From Spirochaetia bacterium (lineage in GTDB: Bacteria > Spirochaetota > Spirochaetia > SZUA-6 > Bin103), in NCBI GenBank assembly GCA_965203055.1, contig OZ241863.1:4192001-4256000 (forward strand): a stretch of DNA of 64,000 nucleotides. The letters run 5' to 3'. The notes below the pieces were generated by a model. It was not told the origin of the DNA, ran no database searches, and saw nothing but the letters and a program-made list of their open reading frames with translations. Position numbers and translations under genes: made by a program. Shown piece by piece: positions 28,636 to 38,637 of this stretch; within the stretch, counting starts at the first letter, position 1; each line of letters opens with the position of its first letter.

Positions 28636-29765
28636 GCCCACCGGTACCGGCGCCGGCCGGCCCCGAGCGCGAGAGCGCTCTCGCGGAGCAGTACTACCTC
28701 GCTACCCAATGGCAGTTGATGTGGCGCAAGTTCCGGCGCCACCGGCTCGCCGCCGCGGGCGGGGCGGTGCTGGTGGTGTTCTACGTGACCGCCCTGCTCG
28801 CGGAGTTCGTGGCGCCGACCGTGCCGGCGGCGCGCAACCGCGAGCTGGTCTACGCCCCGCCCCATCGGGTTCGCTTCATGCATGACGGCGCGTTGCGCGC
28901 TCCCTTCATCTACGGCTACGACCGCGCGGTCGACCTGCTCACGACGCAGCGCATCTACACCCCGAACCGCGAACTGATCCATCCGATCCGGCTGTTCGTG
29001 CGCGGCGAGGCGTACCGCTTCTGGGGCCTGTTCGAGACCGACCTGCACCTGTTCGGGGCCGAGGGCACCACCATCCTTCTGCTCGGCTCCGACTCCTTCG
29101 GGCGCGACATGTTCACCCGCAACCTGTACGCCGCGCGGGTGTCCCTGTCGGTGGGGCTGGTGGGCGTGTTCCTGAGCTTCGTGCTCGGCGTGATCCTCGG
29201 CGGCATCTCCGGCTACTACGGCGGCACCGCCGACATCGCGATCCAGCGCCTCATCGAGTTCCTCATCGCCCTGCCCACCATCCCGGTGTGGATGGCGCTG
29301 GCCGCGGCGCTCCCGCCGGGCTGGGAGTCGGTGAAGATCTACTTCGGCATTACCATCATCCTGTCGATCGTCGGCTGGACCGGGCTGGCGCGGGTGGTGC
29401 GCGGCAAGCTGCTGGAGCTGCGCGAGGCCGACTTCGTCATGGCCGCGCGCGTCGCCGGCTCGCGCGAAGGCCGCATCATCGGCCTGCATCTGCTGCCGTC
29501 GTTCCTGAGCTACCTCATCGTGCACCTTACCCTGGCCATTCCGGGCATGATCCTGGGCGAGACGGCGCTCAGCTTCCTCGGCCTCGGCATCCGCCCGCCG
29601 GCGGTGAGCTGGGGCACCCTGCTGCAGGACGCCCAGAACGTGCAGACCGTCATTCTCTATCCGTGGCTGATGCTGCCGGCGCTGTTCGTGGTGGCCGCGG
29701 TGCTGATGTTCAACTTCCTCGGCGACGGGCTGCGCGACGCGGCCGACCCCTACAAAGCGGGCTAG
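28632..29765 (+). CDS. ABC transporter permease (OppC/DppC-like)
   Basis: GSDSFGRD, WTGLARVVRG, ETALSFLGLG, GDGLRDAADP. Confidence 0.92.
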   Translation: MSPPVPAPAGPERESALAEQYYLATQWQLMWRKFRRHRLAAAGGAVLVVFYVTALLAEFVAPTVPAARNRELVYAPPHRVRFMHDGALRAPFIYGYDRAVDLLTTQRIYTPNRELIHPIRLFVRGEAYRFWGLFETDLHLFGAEGTTILLLGSDSFGRDMFTRNLYAARVSLSVGLVGVFLSFVLGVILGGISGYYGGTADIAIQRLIEFLIALPTIPVWMALAAALPPGWESVKIYFGITIILSIVGWTGLARVVRGKLLELREADFVMAARVAGSREGRIIGLHLLPSFLSYLIVHLTLAIPGMILGETALSFLGLGIRPPAVSWGTLLQDAQNVQTVILYPWLMLPALFVVAAVLMFNFLGDGLRDAADPYKAG

Positions 29766-29857
29766 CCGGCGCGCCGGACAGCGCGCGGGGGGCCGAACTT
29801 CAGAACGGCGGGGCCCGTGTCTTGCCGATTCGTCGTCGTCGTCATACGCTTTGTGTC

Positions 29858-30100
29858 GTGAACACCACTATGAATGTGTCGCTGCCTGCCTCGCTCAAGT
29901 CATTCGTAGACCAGCAGGTCACCGGGCGCGGATACGAAACCTGTAGCGAGTACGTCCGTGCCCTGATCCGCCAGGACCAGGATCGGCAACACCTGCGCAG
30001 GCTGTTGCAGGAGGGAGCCGAGTCAACCGCGTCGCAACCGGTTGATGCGGCCTATTTCGATGACCTGAGAGGCCGTGTGCGCTCACGTTCTCACGGTTGA
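29858..30100 (+). CDS. ParD-family (CC2985-type) ribbon-helix-helix antitoxin
   Basis: TMNVSLP..LKSFVDQQV...GY...SEYVRALIR; preceded by TTGCCG-17-TACGCT. Confidence 0.85.
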   Translation: MNTTMNVSLPASLKSFVDQQVTGRGYETCSEYVRALIRQDQDRQHLRRLLQEGAESTASQPVDAAYFDDLRGRVRSRSHG

Positions 30101-30262
30101 CCGTGGGAGCTGGACATGCCGGGACTGCATACTTGGCCCCTGAAGCGTTACCCCTACTTGGTCTTCTACCGCGACCGCGGCGACCACATCGACGTGTGGC
30201 GCGTGCTGCACGGCCGACGTGACATCGCCGCATGGATGCGTGAGTGGAGCACGCCTCACTGA
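30101..30262 (+). pseudogene. ParE/RelE toxin, C-terminal half only
   Basis: Manual translation WELDMPGLHTWPLKRYPYLVFYRDRGDHIDVWRVLHGRRDIAAWM; N-terminal half absent. Confidence 0.8.
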
Positions 30263-30273
30263 CGAGAGCGACC

Positions 30274-31863
30274 GTGCGAACGTTCAATACCGCAGGGCCG
30301 GTGGTGGCCGCGGACCACTACTGCATCCCGCCGCTGGAACGGATCGAGCTCGACACGGTGCTCGGCTTGATCCGGGACAAGAAGTACTTCGTGCTGCACG
30401 CGCCGCGCCAGACCGGCAAGACCTCGGCGCTGCTGGCGCTGCGGGACCTGCTGAACAGCGGCGCGCAGGGCGAGTACCGCTGCGTGTACGCCAACGTGGA
30501 AGCGGGCCAGGCGATGCGCGGGAACGTGGCGGAAGGCATGCGCACCGTCCTGTCCCAGTTCGCCCTCCGGGCAAGCCTGACGCTGGGCGACGACACGCTG
30601 GAGCGGGTCTGCCGCAACGCCATGAACAGCGCCGGACCGGGCGGCGCACTGAGCTTGATGCTGAGTCGCTGGGCCGCGGCCGACCGCCGGCCGCTGGTGC
30701 TGCTGATCGACGAGATCGACGCGCTGGTCGGCGACACCCTGCTGTCGGTGCTGCGGCAACTGCGCAGCGGCTACGACCAGCGTCCGGCCGCCTTCCCGCA
30801 CAGCATCATCCTCTGCGGGGTGCGCGACGTGCGCGACTACCGCATCCACTCGATCGCCGAGGACCGCTTGGTGCTCGGCGGCAGCGCCTTCAACATCAAG
30901 TCCGAGTCGTTGCGCCTGGGAGATTTCTCGGAGCAGGAGGTAGCGGCGCTGCTGGCGCAGCACACCGCGGCGACCGGGCAGGGGTTCTCGGAGGAGGCGC
31001 AGGCGTTGATCGGGGCGCGCACCGCCGGCCAGCCGTGGCTGGTGAACGCGCTCTGCTACGACGCCTGCTTCCGCCATCCGCCGGGGTGCGACCGCTCGCG
31101 TCCCATCACCGCGGCCGCGGTCCTGGAGGCGCAGGAGCGGCTGATTCAGCGCCGCGACACCCATATCGACGATCTGGGTCACAAGCTGCGCGAGGAGCGC
31201 GTGCGGCGGGTGGTGGAGCCGATTCTGACCGGATCGTTAGAAGCCGCGTGCTCGGACGAGGACCTGGCCTACGCGCGTGACCTGGGACTGGTGGCGCAGG
31301 ACGCCGCCGGCACGCCGCGCATCGCCAATCCGATCTACGCCGAGGTGGTGCCGCGGCATCTCAACTACGCGGTGCAGGAGACGCTGCCGCAACAGATGGC
31401 GTGGTATGTCGACGCGGCCGGCGGCCTGGACGTGGCGGGGCTGATCGCGGCGTTCCAGGCGTTCTTCCGCGAGCACTCCGAGCATTGGGTGCAGCGCTTC
31501 GAGCGATACCACGAGGCCGGCCCGCAGTTGCTGCTGCAGGCGCACCTGCAGCGCATCGTCAACGGCGGCGGGCGGATCGAGCGGGAGTACGCGCTGGGGC
31601 GCGGGCGCACCGACCTGCTGATCGTGTGGCCGCAGGGCGGGCGCGAGCGCCGCTTCGTGGTGGAGTGCAAGATGCTGCGCAGGGGGCTGGAGCGGACGAT
31701 TTCCGACGGGGTGGCGCAAACCCGCGGCTACGTGGACCGCTGCGGCGCGGAGGCGGGCCACCTGATCGTGTTCGACCGCGCGCCGGAACGAACCTGGGAG
31801 GAAAAGATCTTCCGCCGCCCCCCGGCGGGAGACGGCGCGCCGGTCACGGTCTGGGGGATGTGA
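30274..31863 (+). CDS. AAA-like ATPase with C-terminal PD-(D/E)XK nuclease domain
   Basis: FNTAGP, APRQTGKT, LLIDEID, EYALGRGRTDL...VVECK. Confidence 0.85.
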   Translation: MRTFNTAGPVVAADHYCIPPLERIELDTVLGLIRDKKYFVLHAPRQTGKTSALLALRDLLNSGAQGEYRCVYANVEAGQAMRGNVAEGMRTVLSQFALRASLTLGDDTLERVCRNAMNSAGPGGALSLMLSRWAAADRRPLVLLIDEIDALVGDTLLSVLRQLRSGYDQRPAAFPHSIILCGVRDVRDYRIHSIAEDRLVLGGSAFNIKSESLRLGDFSEQEVAALLAQHTAATGQGFSEEAQALIGARTAGQPWLVNALCYDACFRHPPGCDRSRPITAAAVLEAQERLIQRRDTHIDDLGHKLREERVRRVVEPILTGSLEAACSDEDLAYARDLGLVAQDAAGTPRIANPIYAEVVPRHLNYAVQETLPQQMAWYVDAAGGLDVAGLIAAFQAFFREHSEHWVQRFERYHEAGPQLLLQAHLQRIVNGGGRIEREYALGRGRTDLLIVWPQGGRERRFVVECKMLRRGLERTISDGVAQTRGYVDRCGAEAGHLIVFDRAPERTWEEKIFRRPPAGDGAPVTVWGM

Positions 31864-31897
31864 ACGCCCAGGTGGGCATCACCAACGTCGTACGCGG

Positions 31898-33052
31898 TCA
31901 GTGGGATGCGTAGGGGTCGGCGGCGTCGCGCAGGCCGTCGCCGAGGAACATGAAGGTCATCACCGTGACCACCACGAACAGCACCGGGATCAGCAGCCAG
32001 GGGCTGAGCGCGACGGTGCGGAAGTTCTGGGCGCTGGTGAGCAGCACTCCCCAGCTCACCACCGGCGGCTTGAGCCCCAGGCCGATGAAGCTGAGCGCGG
32101 TCTCGCCGAGGATCATGTTGGGCACCGCCAGGGTGAGGTGCACGATCAGGTAGCTCAGGAACGACGGCAGCAGATGGCGGCGGATCACCGCGCCGGCGCT
32201 GGCGCCGCTCACCCGCGCCGCCACCACGAAGTCGCCGCCGCGCAGTTCCAGCAGCTTGCCGCGCACCACCCGCGCCAATCCGGTCCAGCCGAGAATCGAC
32301 AGGATGATCGTGATCCCGAAGTACACCCGCAGCGCGGGCCACTTCGGCGGCAGCGCCGCGGTCAGGCCCATCCACAACGGCAGCGTCGGAATGCTGATCA
32401 GAAACTCGATGACGCGCTGGATCACGGTGTCCACCGCCCCGCCCAGGTAGCCGGAGATGCCGCCGATCACCACCCCCAGCACGAAGCTGATGGTGACGCC
32501 GAGCAGCCCCACGGACAGCGACACCCGCCCGGCGTAGAGCACCCGCGAGAACAGGTCGCGGCCCAGCTCGTCGGTCCCGAACAGATACAGCGTGGCGGGC
32601 GGCAGCACGCCGAACAGGTGCAGGTCGGTGCGGATGAAGCCGAGGAACTTGTAGGGGTCGGTGCGCACGAAGAAGCGGATGCGGTGCGGGTCGCTGCGGT
32701 TCTCGGTGTAGATGCGCAGCAGGGTCTCCGGGTCGCGGGTCCGATCCAGCGAGTAGACGAACGGTCCGATCAGCCGGCCGGCGTGGAACAGGCGCACCCG
32801 TTGCGGGGGGGCGAGCAGGAACGCGGCGTCGCGGGTGGCTTTTTCATACGGGCTCAGGAAGCCGGCCACCGCGGTGGTCAGGTACAGGAACAGCAGCACC
32901 CCGCCGCCGGCCAGGGCCATGCGGTGGCGGCGGAACTTGCGCCACATCAACTGCCACTGCGACGCGACGTAGTAGCGTTCCTCCTCGGCGGACTCCCGGG
33001 CCGAGGCGCCGCCGGCACCGCCTACGCCCGCAACGGGTTGCGCGCTGCTCAT
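31898..33052 (-). CDS. ABC transporter permease (OppC/DppC-like)
   Basis: GTDELGRD, ETALSFIGLG, GDGLRDAADP; paralog of 28632-29765. Confidence 0.92.
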   Translation of the reverse strand: MSSAQPVAGVGGAGGASARESAEEERYYVASQWQLMWRKFRRHRMALAGGGVLLFLYLTTAVAGFLSPYEKATRDAAFLLAPPQRVRLFHAGRLIGPFVYSLDRTRDPETLLRIYTENRSDPHRIRFFVRTDPYKFLGFIRTDLHLFGVLPPATLYLFGTDELGRDLFSRVLYAGRVSLSVGLLGVTISFVLGVVIGGISGYLGGAVDTVIQRVIEFLISIPTLPLWMGLTAALPPKWPALRVYFGITIILSILGWTGLARVVRGKLLELRGGDFVVAARVSGASAGAVIRRHLLPSFLSYLIVHLTLAVPNMILGETALSFIGLGLKPPVVSWGVLLTSAQNFRTVALSPWLLIPVLFVVVTVMTFMFLGDGLRDAADPYASH

Positions 33053-34050
33053 GCCGCGGCGCGCTCGAAGCGGATGCGCGGGTCCACCCACACCAGCGCC
33101 AGGTCGGAGAGAAAGGTGCCGAACACCGTCAGCGCGCCCAGGAACAGCACGGTGCTGCCGGCCAGGAAGGTGTCCTGGAACAGCAGCGCCTGCAGCAGCA
33201 TCGGCCCGGTGGTGGGCAGGTTGAGCACGATGGCGGTGATCGCCTCGCCGGAGACGATGGCCGGCAGCAGCCAGCCCACGGTGCTGATCAGCGGGTTGAT
33301 GGCGATGCGCACCGGGTAGCGGAACAGCAGCCGCCGCTCGCCGACCCCCTTGGCGCGCGCGGTGATCACGTACTGCCGGCCGAGCTCGTCCAGCAGCGTG
33401 CCGCGCATCACCCGGATCAGCCCCGCGGTGCCGGCGGTCCCGATCACCAGCAACGGTACCGGCAGGTGCTTCACGGCGTCCCACAGCTTCGCCCACGACC
33501 AGGGCGCCAGCCGGTACTCGGTCGAGAACAGCCCGCCAATGGAAACGTCGAAGTAGCGGAACCCGAGCCACATCAGCACCAGCGCCAGCGCGAAGTTGGG
33601 GGTGGCTAGCCCCATGAAGCCTATCCCGCTGAACAGGTGGTCGGCCCACGAGTATTGATGGGTGGCGGAGTAGATGCCGATCGGCACCGCGATCACGTAG
33701 GTCACCAGCAGGGTCAGGAACGAAATGAACATGGTCAGCGGCACCCGCTCGGCGAGCAGTTCCGCGGTGGGCTTGTTGAACGCGAACGAGCGCCCGAAGT
33801 CGCCGCGCAGCACGATCTTGCCGATCCAGGAGAAGTAGCGCGGCACCAGCGGCTGGTCCAGCCCGTACAGCCGCTTGAGGTTGGCGACCTCCGCCGCCTC
33901 CAGCTCCTCGCCGGTTTCCTGCACGATCCTGAGGATCATGGTGTCGACGAAGTCGCCCGGCGGGAGCTGGATCACCACGAACGCCACCACCGAGATCGCC
34001 CACAGCGAGACGATCATGTAGAGGGTACGGCGGAGAATGAGCTGCCCCAT
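33049..34050 (-). CDS. ABC transporter permease (OppB/DppB-like)
   Basis: QLPPGD, TARAKG, DPRIR; paralog of 27640-28635. Confidence 0.92.
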   Translation of the reverse strand: MGQLILRRTLYMIVSLWAISVVAFVVIQLPPGDFVDTMILRIVQETGEELEAAEVANLKRLYGLDQPLVPRYFSWIGKIVLRGDFGRSFAFNKPTAELLAERVPLTMFISFLTLLVTYVIAVPIGIYSATHQYSWADHLFSGIGFMGLATPNFALALVLMWLGFRYFDVSIGGLFSTEYRLAPWSWAKLWDAVKHLPVPLLVIGTAGTAGLIRVMRGTLLDELGRQYVITARAKGVGERRLLFRYPVRIAINPLISTVGWLLPAIVSGEAITAIVLNLPTTGPMLLQALLFQDTFLAGSTVLFLGALTVFGTFLSDLALVWVDPRIRFERAAA

Positions 34051-34148
34051 GCGGCGGTCTCTACGGCCGCCGGGCCGCGCAACTCGCCGCGAGCTGCCGG
34101 TCCGGGCGGCCGTTAATCATGCGCCGGCGCGGCTTGGCGCGCGCTCTC

Positions 34149-36212
34149 TCATTCCTGCGCCAGGTAGAACTGGGAGGGGTGCTGGGGGCCGGTCCAGGAG
34201 CCGATCGACCAGTCGTGGCCGCCCCGCTCCGGGAAGTTGCGCAGCTTGTTGCTGCGCGGCATCGGCAACGGCACCTCGCCGACCGTCCCGATTACCCACA
34301 GGTTGTCCGCCTGCGAGGCGAGGATCTCCTTGCCCAGGCCGATCTTCTCGTCGAGGTCGAGGGTCGCGGTCATCCGTTCCCAGCGGTCGAGGTTGCGCTT
34401 GACCTCGGCGGGCGGTTCGATGCCGCTCTCGCCGCCGGTCACGTACCACAGCGCCCACTGGTTGCCCCACGGGTTTTCCCAGCCCTGGCGCTGCGGGAGG
34501 AAGAACAGCGGCGACGCCGCGAACGCCTCCGAGCGGGCGTTGAACCCCGCCGAGCCGCCGTAGAGCTGCATCTGGTTGGTCGTGGAGCGCTCCTGACTCT
34601 GCTGGTAGGAGAAGCTCTTCATGGTCACTTCCATGCCGATCTCCTTCCACTGCTCCACCGCCAGCTCGTGAATCGGCAATACCGCGCTGCCGGTATCCAT
34701 GACCACCGAGAAGCGGTTGCCGTCGGGCAGCAGGCGCCACTCGCGGTTGGCGTCCCAGGTCAGCCCCAGCTCGTCGAGGAGCTGATTGGCGCGCGCCAGG
34801 TCGTGCTCGGCGTAGGCCTCGGCGAAGCGCGGCTCGAAGTAGATCGACTCCTTGATCAGCGTATGCTGCCGCGGCGTGCCCAGGCCCTGGAACACCACCT
34901 CGTTGATCTCGTCGCGGTCCAGCGCCAGCGACAGGGCGTGCGAAAAGCGGCTGTCGGAGAAGATTGGCAGCAGCACCGGATCGTCGACCGTGCGGTTGGC
35001 CTGGAACAGCGTCGCCGAGCCCTCCAGGCTGGGCCACAGCTCGACGGTATAGCCGCCCGCCTCCTCGTTCTGCTTCAGCAGCGGGTAGTCGCTCAGGGGC
35101 GCGTACCAGCCGATCGAGATGGTCATCTCGCCGGCGATGATCTTGCCGGCGAACACCTGCAGGTCCTGCAGCAGCTCGACGTTGATGCCATCCATGTAGG
35201 GTAGCTGATTACCCTCCACGTCGATCTTCCAGTAGTAGGGGTTGCGCTCCCAGCGCGCCAGGTCGGTGCCGATCTCGGCCAGCCGGTAGGCGGTGAGCAT
35301 GGGCCGTTCGGTATTGAACTTGGGCAGCTCGCTCCAGGAGTTGTTCAGGTCGCTGAAGTGTTGGACCCAGTTCTCGAAGCCCGCTTCCTTGGCCAGCGCC
35401 TCCGCCTTCTCCGCGCCCACGTAGGTGGGGTGAAACTGGCTGAAGTAGTGCTTGGCGTGCTTGATCGGCGTCACCCCGCGGTTGGGATGGGGCAGCCACT
35501 CGACCACCACCGGATAGGGCACGGCGAACGCAAACTGAAAGGTGTGGTCGTCGAGGAAGTTCATCTTCATCAGCTCGCCGCCGGGCTGCAGGAAGCGGGC
35601 CGGATTCGGGGTGAGCTCCTCGTTGAGGATGATGTCTTCATACCAGAACCGGATGTCGGCGGTGGTGAACGGTTCGCCGGTGGACCACTTGATGCCCTCG
35701 CGCAGCTTCACGGTGAGCACCCGGGCGTCGGCCGACAACTCATGGCCGGTGGCGACGTTGGGCGCCTGGGTCGAGAGGTCGCCGGCGATGCGGTTCAACT
35801 GTTCGATGCCGATCAGCAGGTGAGCGTCGCCCCAGTGGCCGGTGCCGTCGCGGCCCATGAAGGCGTAGCCGCCGTACTGGCCGATCTCCTGATAGGGCAC
35901 GACCACGTACGGGTCGTCGGGCAGGCGCTCCTCGACCGGCGGCAGGTCGCCGGCGGCCACCATCTCGGCCAGCATCGGCGCCTCGCCGAACGAGGTGATA
36001 GTGTTGCCGGTGGCCGCGGTGTAGTCGGCGACGTGGTTGTAGTAGCGGAGGTCGTTCCACTCATGGTCGAAGGTGGTGCGCTCCATCTCCATTTCCATGG
36101 CGCCCGCGGCGGCGCCGGTATCCGCCTCGCCGCCGGCGAACGCCGCGGCCGGAGCCAGCAGCGCCGCCGCCAGCGCTCCAAGCAATCGGTGGTGCAGTCT
36201 CAAACTCATCAA
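34149..36212 (-). CDS. Family 5 ABC transporter substrate-binding protein
   Basis: Signal ending AFAGGE; EAPMLA..LPPVEERLP, RNPYYWKID..GNQLPY. Upstream TTGACG-17-CATAGT (36279-36251). Confidence 0.92.
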   Translation of the reverse strand: MMSLRLHHRLLGALAAALLAPAAAFAGGEADTGAAAGAMEMEMERTTFDHEWNDLRYYNHVADYTAATGNTITSFGEAPMLAEMVAAGDLPPVEERLPDDPYVVVPYQEIGQYGGYAFMGRDGTGHWGDAHLLIGIEQLNRIAGDLSTQAPNVATGHELSADARVLTVKLREGIKWSTGEPFTTADIRFWYEDIILNEELTPNPARFLQPGGELMKMNFLDDHTFQFAFAVPYPVVVEWLPHPNRGVTPIKHAKHYFSQFHPTYVGAEKAEALAKEAGFENWVQHFSDLNNSWSELPKFNTERPMLTAYRLAEIGTDLARWERNPYYWKIDVEGNQLPYMDGINVELLQDLQVFAGKIIAGEMTISIGWYAPLSDYPLLKQNEEAGGYTVELWPSLEGSATLFQANRTVDDPVLLPIFSDSRFSHALSLALDRDEINEVVFQGLGTPRQHTLIKESIYFEPRFAEAYAEHDLARANQLLDELGLTWDANREWRLLPDGNRFSVVMDTGSAVLPIHELAVEQWKEIGMEVTMKSFSYQQSQERSTTNQMQLYGGSAGFNARSEAFAASPLFFLPQRQGWENPWGNQWALWYVTGGESGIEPPAEVKRNLDRWERMTATLDLDEKIGLGKEILASQADNLWVIGTVGEVPLPMPRSNKLRNFPERGGHDWSIGSWTGPQHPSQFYLAQE

Positions 36213-36293
36213 GATTTCTGCTCTCCTTTCAAGGTAAGGTGTCGCCGGTCACTATGTTACGCCCCCGCCCCGCCGTCAAGCGCGCGGCCTAGG

Positions 36294-36713
36294 CTAGGCG
36301 CCACCGCGTGAACACGCTGCGGTAACTGCCTCGTACACCAAGCGCGCATCGGCCCGGGCCTGCCGCGCATCCTCGCGCCGATAGAACTGACTTGGCGTGA
36401 GATCCTCGCTGCCGTAGAATGCGAGTTCGCGGTCTCGGCGCAGTGCCCGTGAGATACGCGTGAGCTCTCCCAGGCGCGGGAGCACGCCGGCCGGCAGGCG
36501 GTCCCTGTTGTCTTCGAGCACTCCCGCTACGTCATGAATCCGCGGCACTTCGATACGCGCGTGTCTCAGCAGCGCCTTGAGACAGAGCTCCACCACCTCC
36601 TGCGATTCGCGTACCACGTCCGCCCAGCTCTCCTCGTCCAGCAGCACGGCCAGGGCCTTGAGTCTGCTCCCGGCCCGCCGCAGATAGTCGGCTGCCAAGT
36701 CAGGATTGTGCAT
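36294..36713 (-). CDS. HEPN domain protein (toxin of an MNT-HEPN pair)
   Basis: SQEVVELCLKALL, PRIHDV, R-x4-Y motif RELAFY; overlaps the upstream MNT gene. Confidence 0.88.
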   Translation of the reverse strand: MHNPDLAADYLRRAGSRLKALAVLLDEESWADVVRESQEVVELCLKALLRHARIEVPRIHDVAGVLEDNRDRLPAGVLPRLGELTRISRALRRDRELAFYGSEDLTPSQFYRREDARQARADARLVYEAVTAACSRGGA

Positions 36714-37311
36714 CGCAGTCCTGATAGGTCCAGTAGGGCTGGCCGTGAGCGTAGCGGCGCCTGATCGCGCCTTCCGCCATACGCTCCCGCGCGCTTCCGA
36801 GCCAACGGGCGAGGGCCCATGTTCGCTGCCACAGGATGGTGCCGTGCAGCGCCACTTCGAGCCACAGTGAGCCGCCGCCGGCGGCGGTTCCGGCGCGGTT
36901 GCCGGGCAGGTGAGCGAAGTGAGGATTGACGGACGAACCGAGCGCCCGAATCGCAGCATCATCGGCCACGGTCTCGTCCCATATCCGATACAGCGAACGG
37001 GTGACCGGAACTTTCTTGTCGACCACGATGAGCAGATCGACATCCGACCACGCACCCGCGTCGCCGCGCGCGCACGAGCCAAACAGCGCCACTGCCTCCA
37101 CGTGCAACCCGAATCCTGCAACGATCACGTCGGCGGCGGCCGTGCCGGACGAGGTCGGGGCCGGGGCGGGGGCGTGCATCGCCCGCTCCAATGCGGCGCG
37201 GCAGAATTCGTTCAGAGAACTGCCGGAACGGACGGCCTGGTCGCGCAGCTTGCGGTGCAGGTCAGGCGTAACCCGTAGCAGAAAACGACCGGACGGTACG
37301 CGCGTGTTCAT
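36700..37311 (-). CDS. HicB-like RHH domain fused to a minimal nucleotidyltransferase (antitoxin)
   Basis: SGRFLLRVTPDLH..L...A...G.SLN, then FGSCARGDAGAWSDVDLL (GS-x10-DxD). Confidence 0.85.
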   Translation of the reverse strand: MNTRVPSGRFLLRVTPDLHRKLRDQAVRSGSSLNEFCRAALERAMHAPAPAPTSSGTAAADVIVAGFGLHVEAVALFGSCARGDAGAWSDVDLLIVVDKKVPVTRSLYRIWDETVADDAAIRALGSSVNPHFAHLPGNRAGTAAGGGSLWLEVALHGTILWQRTWALARWLGSARERMAEGAIRRRYAHGQPYWTYQDCDAQS

Positions 37312-37345
37312 AGTACCATGGTACTATATGACTTGAACCAAGTCA
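37310..37345. promoter_or_regulatory. Two adjacent inverted repeats over the start and promoter of the antitoxin gene (putative operators)
   Basis: Perfect 18-bp palindrome ATAGTACCATGGTACTAT (37310-37327) and TGACTTG-AAC-CAAGTCA (37329-37345). Confidence 0.7.
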
Positions 37346-37380
37346 CCGGGCCAAGGGCACGCCGGCCGAGCGTTCCGGCT

Positions 37381-38637
37381 TCAGGTGGCGGTAATGATCT
37401 CTGCCGGGGTGGCATAGCCGGCGGTGACGTGGGCGGCCAGCCACTCCGGCGGGTCGTTGCGGGGCAGGGTCAGGGCCGGTTCTCCCTTGCAGCTCAGGCG
37501 GTAGAGCAGGCGCGCGTCATTGATCGAGTCGATGTTCGCCTTGAGCAGCGGCGTGTTGTGCAGCGTCATGTAGTTGTCCCACAGCGTCACGTCGCCGGGC
37601 CGGTGCAGGTGGTCGTAGCGGAACTGCGGCTGCAGTACGTGCGCTTCCAACTCGTCGAGGAAGGCGCGCGACTCCGCGGCGCTCATGCCGTCGACCTCGA
37701 CCGGCGGCCGGACGCCGGGCCGGGAAGCCCAGATCGGGCTGTGCAGCGACTTGATCCCGGAGCGCGGGTTGGTGCGCACCAGCGGCGCCAGCCAGCCGGC
37801 GTCGCCGTCGTTCAGCCGGCGCCGGACCCGGACCTGTTCCAGCCGCGCTTGGCGCGCCGGCGGCAGCGCGGCGAACGCCGCGGCGGTGTCCGCGAACGCG
37901 GTCTCGCCATTCAACGGGAGCGCCTTGCGCAGCCGCATCAATTCCACCCCGGAGCCCTCGAAGTAGGGGGTTGCCGGCGCCGCGGCGAGGTCCGGCCGCG
38001 CCACCCAGGTGCCGCCGGGCGCGTCCCGCCGCCGCGGCAGGTGGTGGGCGAAAAACATCGATACGTAGATCGGCAGCGGTTCGTATTCGATGTCGGTATG
38101 CCAGGAACCGCCCAGGGAAGTAGTCGCGGCGGCGTGGCGCGCGGCGCCGTTGCCCCGGAAGTTGGCCACCACCAGCACCGCGGGCGACTCGTGCGGCAGG
38201 CACCGCAGCCGGCCGGGAAACGCCGCGTTCACCGCCGCCGCCGGCCGTTGGCGGAACGGCATCACCTCGATGGCGCCGTCGCTGGCGCCGTCGGACTGCG
38301 CCGGCTTGCCGCCGCGCAGGAAGTTGCTGGGATGCGGCACCGGCGCGCCCCAGTGATTGGCGAAGCGCTCGAAGTCGGCCAGCGAAAACGACTCCAGGTC
38401 CTGACCCGGAAGGCACACGATGCGGAACCGGCTCAGCGCGTCCAGCAGCAAGGCGACCTGCTCCGGCGCGAGCCGCGCCCGCAGATCGACCCCGAGCAGC
38501 CGCCGTCCGGCGCCGCCGGCGGCCAGCGGTCCCTCGCTGCGCGCCTGCGGCCCGAACAGCCGGCGCAGATCCCGGTCGAAGCGCCGCTGGTCCGGGCTCA
38601 TCGCCGGCTCCGGCGCAACGTTTGGTACGGTGTTCAT
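37381..38637 (-). CDS. TauD/TfdA family Fe(II)/2-oxoglutarate dioxygenase
   Basis: WHTD, GETAFADT, PLVRTNP, GDVTLWDNYMTLH, RLLYR; GGAGG RBS. Confidence 0.88.
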   Translation of the reverse strand: MNTVPNVAPEPAMSPDQRRFDRDLRRLFGPQARSEGPLAAGGAGRRLLGVDLRARLAPEQVALLLDALSRFRIVCLPGQDLESFSLADFERFANHWGAPVPHPSNFLRGGKPAQSDGASDGAIEVMPFRQRPAAAVNAAFPGRLRCLPHESPAVLVVANFRGNGAARHAAATTSLGGSWHTDIEYEPLPIYVSMFFAHHLPRRRDAPGGTWVARPDLAAAPATPYFEGSGVELMRLRKALPLNGETAFADTAAAFAALPPARQARLEQVRVRRRLNDGDAGWLAPLVRTNPRSGIKSLHSPIWASRPGVRPPVEVDGMSAAESRAFLDELEAHVLQPQFRYDHLHRPGDVTLWDNYMTLHNTPLLKANIDSINDARLLYRLSCKGEPALTLPRNDPPEWLAAHVTAGYATPAEIITAT

